Source: Cyanophora paradoxa CCMP329 (Eukaryota > Plantae > Glaucophyta). Taken from it: 64,000 nt of DNA. The notes beneath the pieces are model-generated. The model worked only from the letters and a program-made list of their open reading frames with translations, did no database searches and was not told the origin of the DNA. Every line of letters begins with the position of its first letter. Position 1 is the stretch's first letter. Of the stretch, positions 25,500 to 36,914 are shown piece after piece. The stretch covers positions 279,235 to 343,234 of the forward strand of contig QPMI01000029.1 in NCBI GenBank assembly GCA_004431415.1. The letters are read 5' to 3'. Position numbers and translations under genes: made by a program.

Positions 25500-28400
25500 C
25501 GTCTACCCGCACTTGGACGCACCGGTCTTGAGCTGCAGGGTGCGCTCGATGTGCTCGGCCCAGATGCGCGCGACGAGCTTGTCGGGTGGGGTCGGGCTCC
25601 CGCGGCCGGCGGCCCCCGCCAGGAGCGAGGCGAGGGCGCGGGCGCCCTGGCTCACGACCGCCACCGCCGCGGAGGAGGCGGAGGCGGAGGGCCCCGGGGC
25701 CTCGAGCTCCCAGCAGAAGCTGAAGAGCCGCGCCCCGAACCTGCGTATGCCGCGCGGAATATAAGGCCCGGCGGCCAAGACTTAACATCGCACGTTACAT
25801 GAAGCTATCAACGAGATCGAGGCGCAGACAGCGATGTCGTACGTGCCCGCGGTGAAATGAAAGGAATTATAATCGCCCCGTGCGCGTAGATCTAGCTATC
25901 AAATAGCTCGAGGCGCCGACATCGATATCGTGAGGAATTGAGATCGCCCCGTGGACCTACTTATAATGAAGACCCCATGGATCAAATTGCAGGCCGCACC
26001 GGGCGAGGACGGCGTCGAGGAGCGCGGCCGCCGCCGCGTCGTAGGAGACGTCGGGCACGTCCGCCTCCCAAGCCGCGTCCCCGGGGCTGCGACCGCGGGT
26101 GGGGTTGAAATGGATTCGAATTTGAGGAGCAACAAATTCGGAAGGGCCGGTTTTTAATTGAAACGGGTCCAAGACCAGAGGCTGAAATACTATCGAACTA
26201 GAGCCTCGCCCCGCGTCAGATCAATTCAGAGCTGGGCAAAGTATCCCACCACTTCTTGACCTGCGCGACGAGAAATGCGGTGCTCCTGCGGGGGGACGCG
26301 AGCGCAGGCGGGCGGGCGGGCGCGACGTTCATGATCAGGCTTAAGCTTGCAATTGGGCCCGGCCTCTGGCCATGGCCGCCGGGCTTTAAATTTGCTTGTG
26401 TGCGCATGCGTACCTTCGCGGCGGGCCATGGCCAGGGGCCCCCTCACCATCCTCGTCGCCGTGCGAGTGGGCCCGCGACTTCGCCTCCCCGTCGACCTGC
26501 TCCAATCGCGATCGTCAATTATCTTGCACTCGTATCCTCCAAATCGGCCCTCGATTACGAGTTGGCAAGGCGCACCTCCTCGCCGTCGGCGTCCTCCTCC
26601 CCTTCGCTGCGGTCTCCGGTGGGGCCCATGACGTGCTCGAGCGCCGCCTCGTCGTCCTCGTCGTCGGGGAGCACGAGCCGCTTCACCGCCATCCCGATGT
26701 CGTACCTGCCCGAATATAAAGTTACATTTGTAAGAGCCCTAATTATAAATACAAGCAATGGCTTGCAATTGGTTTCCTAAGCAATATAACGTGATGATCG
26801 TATATTCATTATGATCGTTTAGTCATACATTACTTTATTCATCCATTAAAGCAATTGTTTATTCTTGATCGTGATGATTTATATTTAGGCTCTCGAATAT
26901 CGCGGCGCGGGCTGCGCGCGTCTACTCACCTGGTAAACTCGCTGAGGAGCTGCTGGGCGCCGAGGCAGGCGGCGCCGCGGACGATCCAGAGGCGGGCGCC
27001 CCACCAGCGCCCGTCCCGCTCCTCCTCCTCCTCCGCCCCGCGGTCCCGGCCGCAGCCGCTCGAGCCCGCGATCGACGCCGGCCTGCGCGCGTTTAAGCGG
27101 AACTTCGAAATCAAACGCAGGAATTCGAAGGTTCAAGAGACGCAGAGAAGCGTGCTAGAACGCACGGAGCGGGGTCGAAGTCGTTCGGCATGCCGAAGAG
27201 GTACAGGGCGGCGATCTGTCGCTGGATCTCCCGCATGGTTGCCTCTCCCACGAGTCCGGCCCCGGCCCCGCCGCGCCCCCCGTCCTCGGCCTCGGCCGCC
27301 GCCGGTTCCTCCAGCGCCTGGAAACACAGGAAGCACGCGTACGTCGTCGCGGCCGAGGATGCGGGGGTGCCTGGGCCTGAAATGCATATATGTTAGCATG
27401 GGTTTGCTGAAGGTCGGGAGCTTGAAGATAAGATGTTATAATTATGCGCACTGGGCGCCGCCGTGACCACCACGCTCGCCATACGGGTCTCCCCCGCGGG
27501 GCTCGACGTCGACGCCGAAGCGCAGAACCAGGCCGCCTGAAGAGACTCGTGCCCCGCGGCCGGCGCCGCGCCGGCGCCCAGCACGTCTTCCGGCAGCTCC
27601 CGCACCAGCTCCTGAAGTAAACGAGAATCTCAGATTAATTAGAGGCTCGAAGAAATCACGATTAAAATTTAATTAAGACGTCGACGGACGAGGGCGGCGG
27701 AGAGGGTCCAGGGGCCTTTCTGGGAACCCAGGACGACCGTCACGGACTCCGGCCAGAGGCGCCGCGCCCTCTGAAGCTTCGGCGCCTGGCGAGTAAAAAT
27801 TGGCAAAATAAAAGATTTGGCATAAACTATAATATAGGTCGCACCGCGGGGCCGCGAAGGGCGCGGCGGAGGGGCTCGACGTCGGCGAGCGCCGAGGCAA
27901 AGCGGGCGGCGAGGCGGCGGGCCCGCTCGTCGTGCGCGAGGCGGCCACCGTCCGTCTCGCGATCGATGTCGATCACGCTGACCGCCGGCGCAGAGATTGC
28001 GGCCGGTGCCGCCGAGGCCGAAAACGCCGGCGGGAGCTCCGGATAAATATTTTGAGAAGGCGCCGACGTGCACGTGGGCAAGGCGCCCGGCAGCAGCGGG
28101 GCGGCGTTTACGTGGAGGACTTGCGTGCCCGCCGATTCCGAGGGCTGCAGCAGGGGCGGCAGGCGCGACGGCTGCGCCCGAGAGGACGCCGCCGAATTCA
28201 AATTCGAAGCTGCAGCCGGGGCGCCCACGGCCACGGCCGTGCTGCAGCTGGCGGCCGACGCGAGCTGCGCCGAGGAGGCCGCGTGGAGGAACGAGGGGCG
28301 ACCGTGCAGGGAGGCCGAGCCTTGCGTCCAGCGCCAAACCCTGCGCGCGCATTTGCATGTGCATGAAGTGAGCGCCGCGCGCGCGCGATATATATATATC

Positions 28401-30514
28401 TATAGCTATAGCAACACACGCCACGGTCAGCTAAGAGCGCGCGTCGATTGGACTGATTATTGCAAGGGGGGAAGGGGCCCCCTTGCTACCCGTTCCCTTG
28501 CTTCAGCCAAAATTCTTCTATGAGGCCGTTTTCGAGGTCCAGTTTGCAACGCAGGAAAAAAATGAGTGGAAATTCGCTTGCAGCGACACGTGTTTGTCGC
28601 TGCGGCCGTCCATGCAAAAAGAGGTTTTTGAGGGCGAAGACCAGTTTTCCTCGACTTGACGCTTGGAAACCAACTTGGCAACTTCTCTCTCATTCCGGTC
28701 TTCGAATTCCTTGCGCATGCGCGATTCTGCATGGAACCAGTTCTCCCTATAGCTAGCTGTCTCCTCTAGATTTCGGCTAGCTCGTTGCGCGGTTCTAGAT
28801 CTGCATGGACTCGTTGGAGTTCTCCCTAGCTGTCTGATCTCACACCTTCCTCTTCCTCGCACTGCGATTGGCCCCCGCCACCTTCCTCACACCTCCCATC
28901 TAGATTTCCACTTCCTCGCACTGCGCCGCGTACGCCGCACGGAACCACTTCTCCCTAGCTGTCTTGCTCGTTCTCCTCTAGATTTCCGCCGCGTACGCCG
29001 CACGGAACCACTTCTCCCCAGCTGTCTTGCTCGATCTCCTCTAGATTTCAACTTCCTCGCAGTGCGCCGCGTACGCCGCACGGTACCCGCTTTTCAGTGC
29101 ATCAAGCTTGCCAGTTGCACCGCAGCACGTGCACGTGTATCGACGCCCGCGCAGCCCCGGGCCCGTGAGCCGGAGTGTCCCGTACCGCGTAGCTTTTCCT
29201 CGCGATCCAGCCTCTGCTCGCAGCCGCACCGCTAGCGCTGCGCCGACGTCGTTGGCGCCCCGGCGGCTGTCCCTTCGCGCCGGGCGGTCCGGACCCTCGA
29301 GTGTCGCCTCGGCTCCGGGGGATCCGCGCGTAACCGCCTCGGGCCTCCGCCAATCTTGCAAGCTGACCAGCTCTTGCGAGCGCATCAGCGGCAAACCGAG
29401 CGCTCGAATTGCGAATAACAAAGAGGGGCGCGTGGGCAGCTGCAGCGCGTGAACAGCGAGCAAGCGAGATCATTGCGTGTGCGAGAATTCGGGGCGTTAA
29501 CTGAGCTTCGGAACTGAGCTTAAGCAAAAGAAAGCGCCTCAGCAACGAACAAGAGAAAGCTAACATGCGACTAGGGCGCAAACCTGGTGCAGATCTAGAG
29601 CTGCCTGAAGGCATCGTTGAAGGCGTGAGCATACAGTTAGAGCGTTGCGGCACTGGGGCTTGCAACGGCGGGCTTTGCCGGCTTTGCCCAGCCGCGGCAC
29701 GCAATCATTTCTGTAGGCGCGAAAATCTCTACCGGCACGTCCGCAGTCATCAAAGCGGATTACGGGTGCGGCGTCCCAAGCAATGGGCCGGGGCAAAACG
29801 GTTTCTCATAAAGCGGCTTGCAGGGTCGTCCTCAACTTGAACCAAACGTCTCCATTGGCGGGGTTCCTGGCTCTCGATTCTATTCTCAGGTGCATTATTG
29901 CTGGCCTTTCATTGAGGCTTTGATCGCAGCATCTGCTTAATGGGCCTTTTCTATTTTTTTCAAACACATATACTCTGTGTGTACCTTTACACTTCAACCT
30001 GCCGCGCGCGCTGGGCCGGAGTCGATCTAGATATGCCCCAAGCATGTCCGTCCCACTACGACTCTTTCATTAGATCCAGATTCCCCCCTTGCACCCCCGG
30101 CGCGCCAAAACGCGGCCGGGCCACTAGTATGTAAATTAAAGCAAATATCGAGCTCACGATGATGATCATGATCAACGCATTAATATTCGACATGCATATC
30201 ATGCGCACCCGGAGATGGAGGGGACGCGCGGCGCTGGCGGCGGCTCCGGCGCCACTTGGCCGGGCTCGGCATCGGTATCCGAGCGAGCAGAAGTCGCCCG
30301 CGACGATACCGATCGGTCCGTGCGCCCGCCGGCCGCGGGTCTGGACCCCAGCGATCCTGAGCGCCGGCGTCCCGCCTGCAGCTGGCCAGCCCTGGCCACC
30401 GCGCGCGGGCGAAGCCTCTGTTGAAGTGGAAGCGCGCGTTTGGCCTGCGCATGCGGGGGCTGCCCCGCTCGAGCTCGCGGTCACGAGCGAGGACCTCCGC
30501 GCGTGGATCTTCAT
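25500..30514 (-). CDS. Probable long N-terminal extension (upstream exons) of the ABCB gene, or a separate hypothetical gene
   Basis: GC-rich exon-like blocks with splice signals at about 25500-25740, 26580-26705, 26930-27100, 27460-27610, 27680-28340 and 30209-30514. Donor 30208 and acceptor 28341 join in frame as ...PSISG|VWRWTQGSASLH... Confidence 0.4.
28895..29085. repeat. Tandem repeat of roughly 57-bp-plus units inside the putative element
   Basis: GCCGCGTACGCCGCACGG occurs three times, with CTAGATTTC and AACCACTTCTCCC(T/C)AGCTGTCTTGCTCG repeated. Confidence 0.75.
29565..29840 (+). CDS. Small intronless ORF with one C2H2 zinc finger
   Basis: CRLC-PAAARNH-F-CRREN-L-YR-H-VRS-H fits C-x2-C...F-x5-L-x2-H-x3-H. 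Confidence 0.45.
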   Translation: MRLGRKPGADLELPEGIVEGVSIQLERCGTGACNGGLCRLCPAAARNHFCRRENLYRHVRSHQSGLRVRRPKQWAGAKRFLIKRLAGSSST

Positions 30515-31762
30515 GCCAAAGCTTCGCAGCTAAGCTTTGCACTGTGCCACGGTGTGCAGCTCAACGCCGCGCCTGCAGTTCTATTTCCGCTCTCAGCTTG
30601 CGCCTGAGCTGCTGCCTCCTCGATTAGGGCTGATCAGCGCGCGGCTAGCTTCAAGGCTTAAGTCGCTCGAGTTCTTAGTCGCCCCGCGCGCGCGCGCGAC
30701 ACGCGCACTGCGCATGCGGCACGCGTCACGGCGTGCGCTGCGGTGCTCATGCACAGCTACGCTGCGAACTTTTCGGAAGCGCATGCGCATCATGATCATG
30801 ATTATCGCTGCGCCGCCGTATGCCGCACTGCGGAACTTCGGAACTTCGGAAGTCTCCCGCCGAGTCTGCGACTCTAGATCTGCGGCGATTCTGCGCATGC
30901 TGCCGCGCGCCGCGCGCGGGCGGCGCGCGCGGAGCGGCGCGGCGCGGCGCGCGCGATATCGAAATCGATGGGTAGGATATATTACTAATTGAATCTATCG
31001 ATATCAATTTATCGGTCCGATCCGGGCCGGATTCCGCGGCCGGATCAGTTGAACTTTTTCAACTTCCGAAAAGCTTAAGTACTAGTTCAGAATTTCGGAA
31101 CGTCACCTCTAACGGCTGCCGCCGTTTCGATCCCTCCAAGACCTCCCTCGAGCTCCAAGTCAGCAACTTCTGCAAAAACAGTCACGGGGGTACGAGGGTG
31201 TGGTGCCAACAGCCGGGCACGTGTCACGTGTGCTCTTTCAAGTTTGTTGGACTTTAGTCAGCCTGCAAGGCCCTGCGCATGCATGCGCGCGCAGCTGCAG
31301 CCTGCAGCTGCAGCTAGCTGGAATTTAATTCGGCGGGCTCGGGGGATCCGGATTCCGGAGTCCGGACCTTCGATATGCTCCGAGGGCTCGATCGCGATAT
31401 CCCGGCCCCGGGCCAGCCTTAAACTAACGGGTGCAGCGCGCGAGGCTCTAACCTGATTCAGCGACGATGCAACATGCCAAGTGATCATTATCTAGATCTA
31501 TACCAGCCGCGCGCGCGGGGAGGGCTCCGGGTCCCGGGGCCCGGCCGGGCCGCGCGCAGGGCACTGCGCATGCGGCAGTCCCGCCGGCGCCGCGGAGGCC
31601 CGGCCCGGCCCGGGACGGCGGGACCAGCCTGGCAAGCGTACAATTAAGCTTGCCGCATCGCCAGACTAGTGCTAGTGCCAACAAAGTTGAACAAACAGGC
31701 CGTTCCAACGTGCCGGGCAGGGGCCGGCCGGGACGGCCGCAGGCCCCCAGGCCGAGCTCTGA

Positions 31763-34473
31763 CTACGACTGGAGGAGGGGCCGCTGCTCCATGAAGGAGA
31801 GGATCGCCTCCGCCGTCTCCCGGGGCTTCTCCTGCGCATCAAATAAGGTGAGACTAAGAAGATTTAGAGACTAAGAAGATCTAGATCTAGAACGAGAGGA
31901 TTAGGTTAGATTACGTCAAGATAGGCACAAGTAGGTTAGATTAGGTCAGAAAGATCTAGAATGACCGGGGCGCGGCCGGGCGGGGCGGGGGCGGCCGGGC
32001 AGCGCGGACGAACCAGGTGCGGCACGTGCCCCGAGCCCGAGATGATCTGCCCCGGCCGCTTGCATGAGAGATCGGCTCAGGATGAAAATGATCGACTTTA
32101 GAAAACGCTCAAGGGAGCGCGAGGCGCCGCGGCGGTCGAGGCTTAAACCCTCCGCTCAAATTAGCGAAAGGGATCAGCTTTAAACTTAAAGTAGCAGCCT
32201 GTTATGAACTTGCGGCTATCAGCCTAGCTTGATTGTAACATTACAATAATTAGGCTTAGGCTTATAATCAACCTGAAGACATTATAATTATCAGCTTGAA
32301 AGAAGAAGAATTAGGGGACCGTGAGGCGGGAGCGGGGGATGTCCTCCGAGAAGCGCTGCGCGTTGGAGGGGGGTACGATCTGGTCCGCCTCCCCCCAGAG
32401 CACCAGCTGCCGCAGAGGGGTACCGGTCAGTCAGCGGGTACCGGGTACGGGAAATCAGCGAGTCAGCGAGCCGTGATCAGTGAGTCTCGGCCGCTGGGCT
32501 TCCGTTTCTTCTGGAGGGGGGGGGTACACGTAGGCACCGCACCGTTTCCTGCTGGACCTCGGGGATGCGGTCCCGTACCCGGAAGCCGCCGCTCTGCCGC
32601 GGTCGTGAGGACAGGGGGGGGAAGGGCGGGAGCAGGGGTACGAGGCCGAGGACACACCTTCATGAAATCAATGTTGGCCTCGACCCACTTCGGGAGCCGC
32701 GTGTCTGAATTCGACCGAAATCAGATTCAGCTCAGGTCGAGGGGGGTACCGGTCGGTCGGGCAGGGGCGCACGGAGGCGCCCGCATAGGACGGCATCGGG
32801 GGTAGAGAGGCCCGTGTCGACGTAGGACATCGTACCCGCCTGCTCCCGCAGCTTCTGGCTGCGCGCCGAGCTTTCAGAGCTAATTAAAATAGGAAAAGAA
32901 AAGTGACGACCTCCTGAGGTACTCCATGGCCTGCGGGGTATACGTACCGGGGGGAAAGCTCAGAGAGGTACGCGAACGCGGAAGGGCAGCAGCGGGGCGC
33001 ACGAGTCGGTCGATGGGGGGGACGAGGAGCTTCGCGGCCCTGGGGTACGGCGTTCGGCGGCGGTCGGGGGACAAGGGGGGGGGGGAGGGAAATCCCGCAC
33101 GGGGGTAGGAGGTCGTAGCCGGCGCTGTCGATGAGCACGAGCTGGGGACCGGGGCGGCGTCGGAGGGAGGCGGTTACGCGATTTCGATCTAACCTGGGGG
33201 TACGAGTGCACCTGGTGGACGGCCTCGGGGTACTCGAGCGCGAAGTCTAGGGCGGCGGCACCGCCCAGGGAGGCGCCTGCGCGGTCGTCGGCAGGGGGTA
33301 CGGGGCGGGGCCGGAGGGGGGTACGGGAAAAGGCCGCACCGACGAGGGTCATGGGGCGCTTCACCACCTGCTTCCAGAAGGCGTACCTTTGGGGGGGGAG
33401 GAAGTTCAAGGGGGGTAGGTTGAGTGGGGGTGGGGGAGGGGTGGGGGGGGAAGGCGGGGCGAGTCGCACAGGTGCCGCCGAATCGCGTCGGGGCCGATCG
33501 TGTCGTTGAATTTCCTGAGGGGACGGTGTGTCGGCGATGGGGAAAGACTGGGGGGGGGGGGGGGGGGTAGGGGAGGGGAAATGCACGGGTACGCGTCCCA
33601 GCCGGCGATGTTGGTGCGATCCGTGAATCCGAAGCCGAGCATGTCCACCGCGTACGTCTCTACCCGCCTGCGAGTGCACGCACGCGCCGCTCAGCGGAGG
33701 CTGAGGGCCGCGCGGGGCTCGGATTCCATTCGAGATTTGAGCCGGGCGCACTGGGAGAGGAGGGGGAGGAGACGGCGGTACTCGAAAGAGTTGCTGTCGA
33801 AGCCGTGCAGGCACACCACCGGGTAGATGAAACTCTGCGCAGCTGCCGTCAGCGGCTATTCAACCAGGGAGCCGGAGCTCTGCGCCGCGGCGTATGCCGA
33901 ATCATCGCTGCCGACTCGAGAAATTGTCTCACCATCAAGTTCGGGACCTCGGGTTCGAGCCGCACGAACGCAGTGTCGATCGGCTCCCGGATCAAATCCG
34001 TCTGCGCGCCCCGTGAGCGGCGGCGGCGGCGGCGGTTGGCGGCTCTCGTTAGAGGCCGGAGGATCACCTGGATAGGCTGGAGCTGGTAGCGCTTCGCCTG
34101 CGCAGGCGCGCGGCGCGAGTTCAGCAGACTGTGGAGCTCCAAAGCTGGCGCGCGCGGCCAGAGCGACGCTGACCTGAGTAATCGAGGCGGGCTCAGTAAG
34201 CCCCGAAACATCCTTGGGCATCCAGGCGGGGAAGGAATCGGGGCCCGACGGCCGCGACGCCGCGGCGGCTGGCTTCGATGCGGTCTCGCTGGCTGGCGCG
34301 GCCTCGCAGACGAACTGATAGCGCCGCGCTGGTCCCGACGAGGCCCTCGAGCGCCTCGCGCGGACGGCCGGCGCGGCCCCCGCGATGCTGGTCGCGGATC
34401 CGAGGTCGACCGGCGCGCGCCGCGCCGCGAGGCCGGCGCCCAGCGGCGCCACGAACGAGCAGGCGCCCTGCAT
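31763..34473 (-). CDS. Alpha/beta-fold hydrolase, probably plastid-targeted
   Basis: PVVCLHGFDSNSFEY, TYAVDMLGFGFTDR, nucleophile elbow LVGASLGGAAALDFA, LVLWGEADQIV (acid) and SGHVPHLEKP (His). The Ala/Ser/Arg-rich presequence MQGACSFVAPLG...RRYQFVCEA suggests plastid import. Confidence 0.9.
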
Positions 34474-34728
34474 CCTCGCACGCTGAACTGGCCGGCTACT
34501 AGGCCGAGGCCACCGCGATCTGCCGGTACCCCTTCACGGCGCCAACGCTTCGCAACGGCCTCGGTCTTCGCAGCGCGCTTTCCCTCTCCCTCTCCCTCTA
34601 AATAATGCAGACCCCCGCGTGCCCGCCCGCCGCGCAGCGCTCGGCCCCGAGCCACGGTGGCAAAGAACAGGAAATTGCGCAAAGAACAAGGCCTAGGCTG
34701 GGCTGGCGAGGCGCGCGGGGCGCTGCGC

Positions 34729-36741
34729 TCACTTGGTCTTGAGGAGCGCCTCGACGGCGTCGACGAGCTCCGAGGAGCCGAAGTAGAACGGCGTCCGCTG
34801 GTTGATGTCCTTGGGCTGCGATTTCGAATTCGAATTCAAATTAGCGAAGAGCGGCGGACGGCGGGCGGCGGGCGCAGAGCGGGGTTGCGCGGCCTGCCTT
34901 CACGTCGAGAACGCGCTCGGTGCCGGTGCTGGCCTTGCCGCCAGCCTGCTCGACCAGGAAAGCTGCAGGCGCGCTCAGGTCAGCTCCGCAAGACGTCGAC
35001 GCCTGGCCCAGTCCCTGGGCAGGCGCGGGGGCGCGGCGCGCGCACCGATGGGCGCGGCTTCGCAGAGGTAATGAACGGTGCCCGACGGGTGGGTCTTGGT
35101 GGGGGGGAAGGCGCTGCGCGCGGAACGCTCAAGCGGAGCGCAAACACATCAAATCGTTTTTGAACTTTTGAAAAGTGGCTCGCCTGAAGCCGCCGCAGGA
35201 GAGATGGTGGTGAACGTCGTTCACCAGGTTGCTGCGGGGGTGGGGGCAAGATCAGCAAGTGAGAAAGGGGGGAGGAAGGAAAGGGGCGCCGGCGGGAGTC
35301 GAACCCGGAGTACTGGACGGAGAGCTCCTTCTGCGTGATGTAGTCCACGATCTTCTTGCCCTTGTCGTCCATCTCGGCGGTCTGGACAAGGGTGAGGTCA
35401 GGGCGACAAAGAAAGGAAGAGAGGAAGACGGAAAGAAAGGAATCAAATTCAAAAAGAGCGCGCCTCCTGCTTGTTGATGAAGGTGAAGCGGTTGCTGGCC
35501 GGGATCTTGAGAGGCTCGTCAGACGCCAGGAAGTACTCCTGAGCGGCGAACGGAGTTCGTCAACGAGGGGGGGGGGACGCGGCGGGAGGGGGGTGCGTGA
35601 TCATTGAGAAGAAAGAAACAATAAGAAGAAACAGTGAATAATAAGAAGCTCGCCTTGATGTTGGGGTCCATGCGGAAGGAGTAGGTGCCGTGGCCCACCG
35701 TGTACGTCAGGACTGTGCTGTTCCCGTACAGCACGTACCCGGCCGCGACCTGAGGCGAGAAAAGAAGAAATCTAAGCGAGCGAGAAGAAGAAATCCGGGC
35801 CGGGCCGGGAAAGGGGCGGGGCGGGGGCGGGGCGGGGCGGAGCGGACCTGCTCTGAGCCCTTGCGCAGCAAGTCGGAGAGCGCGCCCTTGGAGGCGGGGA
35901 GCGAGGTGCGCTTGAACACGGCGAAGATCGTCCCGCCGATCGAGTGCTCAGGGAAGGTGGGGTCCCGCTCCAGAGGCGCGCACGTCAGCGCTGCGCAACG
36001 GGCCCGCCACTCGCTCCCGGCTGCCTTCGAGGCCCGCGGGGCGCGGGGCGCGGGGCGCGGGGCGCTGGGCGCTGGGCGCCGCTCGCGGGCGGACCGTAGC
36101 TGCCGAACGGAACGTTGTCGGGCATCGCCAGCAGCTCGTCGGCCGTGTTACTGCGGGGCGGGCGCGCGGGTCGGCAGGCGGGATGCGGCGCGCAGGTCGC
36201 GGCGGGTGCACCTGAGCATCGCGCAGAGGTAGCCATCGTGGTACAGCGACTTGAAGCTGCGCGAGGCGTGAGCGGCGGGCGGGGAGCCGGCCGGCGCGGG
36301 CGGCGCGCACAGGATGCGCGTCGCAGCCTCGGCGTCGAACTCCTTGCTCTTCGACGCGCGGAGCGTTGCCTGCGGGCCAAGCTTCGGGGAGAGGATTTCG
36401 TTCTGGATGTCGCCATTGCCAGTGGAGTCGGGGATGCCAGATCGCCGCAGGCCCGAGTCGATGAGCCGGGTCGCTGACGAGATGTCGACGAGCAGCCTGA
36501 CGAGCTCGCCTGTGTAATCTACGAATGATCTGACGTGAGCACGGCGCTGGCGCCGCCGGCAAGCCGCCTAGGCCAGTACGCCACCGCGCGCGCATCCGTC
36601 CGGGGCGGCACACGGCAGCGCGCGCAGCGCGCATCGAGCATCGTTAGACCGCAGCGTACCTGTGGGGTGCAGACTGAGGATGTTCCGGCAGTGCGCCGGG
36701 AAGGACTTTGTCGTCTGGTCAGCGAAGGCGGTGTGCGGCAT
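34729..36741 (-). CDS. Class I fructose-1,6-bisphosphatase-like protein with substituted catalytic motifs
   Basis: [98 protein letters not shown]. Stop at 34729. The N-terminus may extend beyond 36741. Confidence 0.85.
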
Positions 36742-36914
36742 TTCTGCATGCGGTCGGTAAGCATAGATTGAGCCTTTGGAGCAGAACGCGGCCGAAGCGG
36801 CCGCACCGGAAGCTGGCAGCGAACTCAGCGAACGCCGTACCCCGCCAAGAGCAAGCCCGCCGAGCCGAGCTCAACCAGCGGGCTTCTCGTGGCACGCAGA
36901 ACGCCATCGGCGCG

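Larger units (their letters stand above)
28461..30093. mobile_element. Putative 1.6-kb non-autonomous element with 13-bp terminal inverted repeats, inside the predicted intron 28341-30208
   Basis: TGCAAGGGGGGAA (28461-28473) and TTCCCCCCTTGCA (30081-30093) are perfect inverted copies. The interior is lower in GC, carries tandem repeats and has a zinc-finger ORF. No TSD seen. Confidence 0.4.

Noticed and set aside
28457-30060. Fanzor/TnpB or DDE transposase in the zinc-finger element
   Set aside because: No RuvC-I/II/III or DDE motifs are recognisable in the frames read.
31215-31720. Weak inverted similarity (CAAGTTTGTTGG vs CCAACAAAGTTG) around a GC tract
   Set aside because: Too short and degenerate to call an element.
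614-36741. Gluconeogenesis gene cluster (PYC + FBPase)
   Set aside because: They are 25 kb apart with unrelated genes between, and the FBPase homologue looks inactive.
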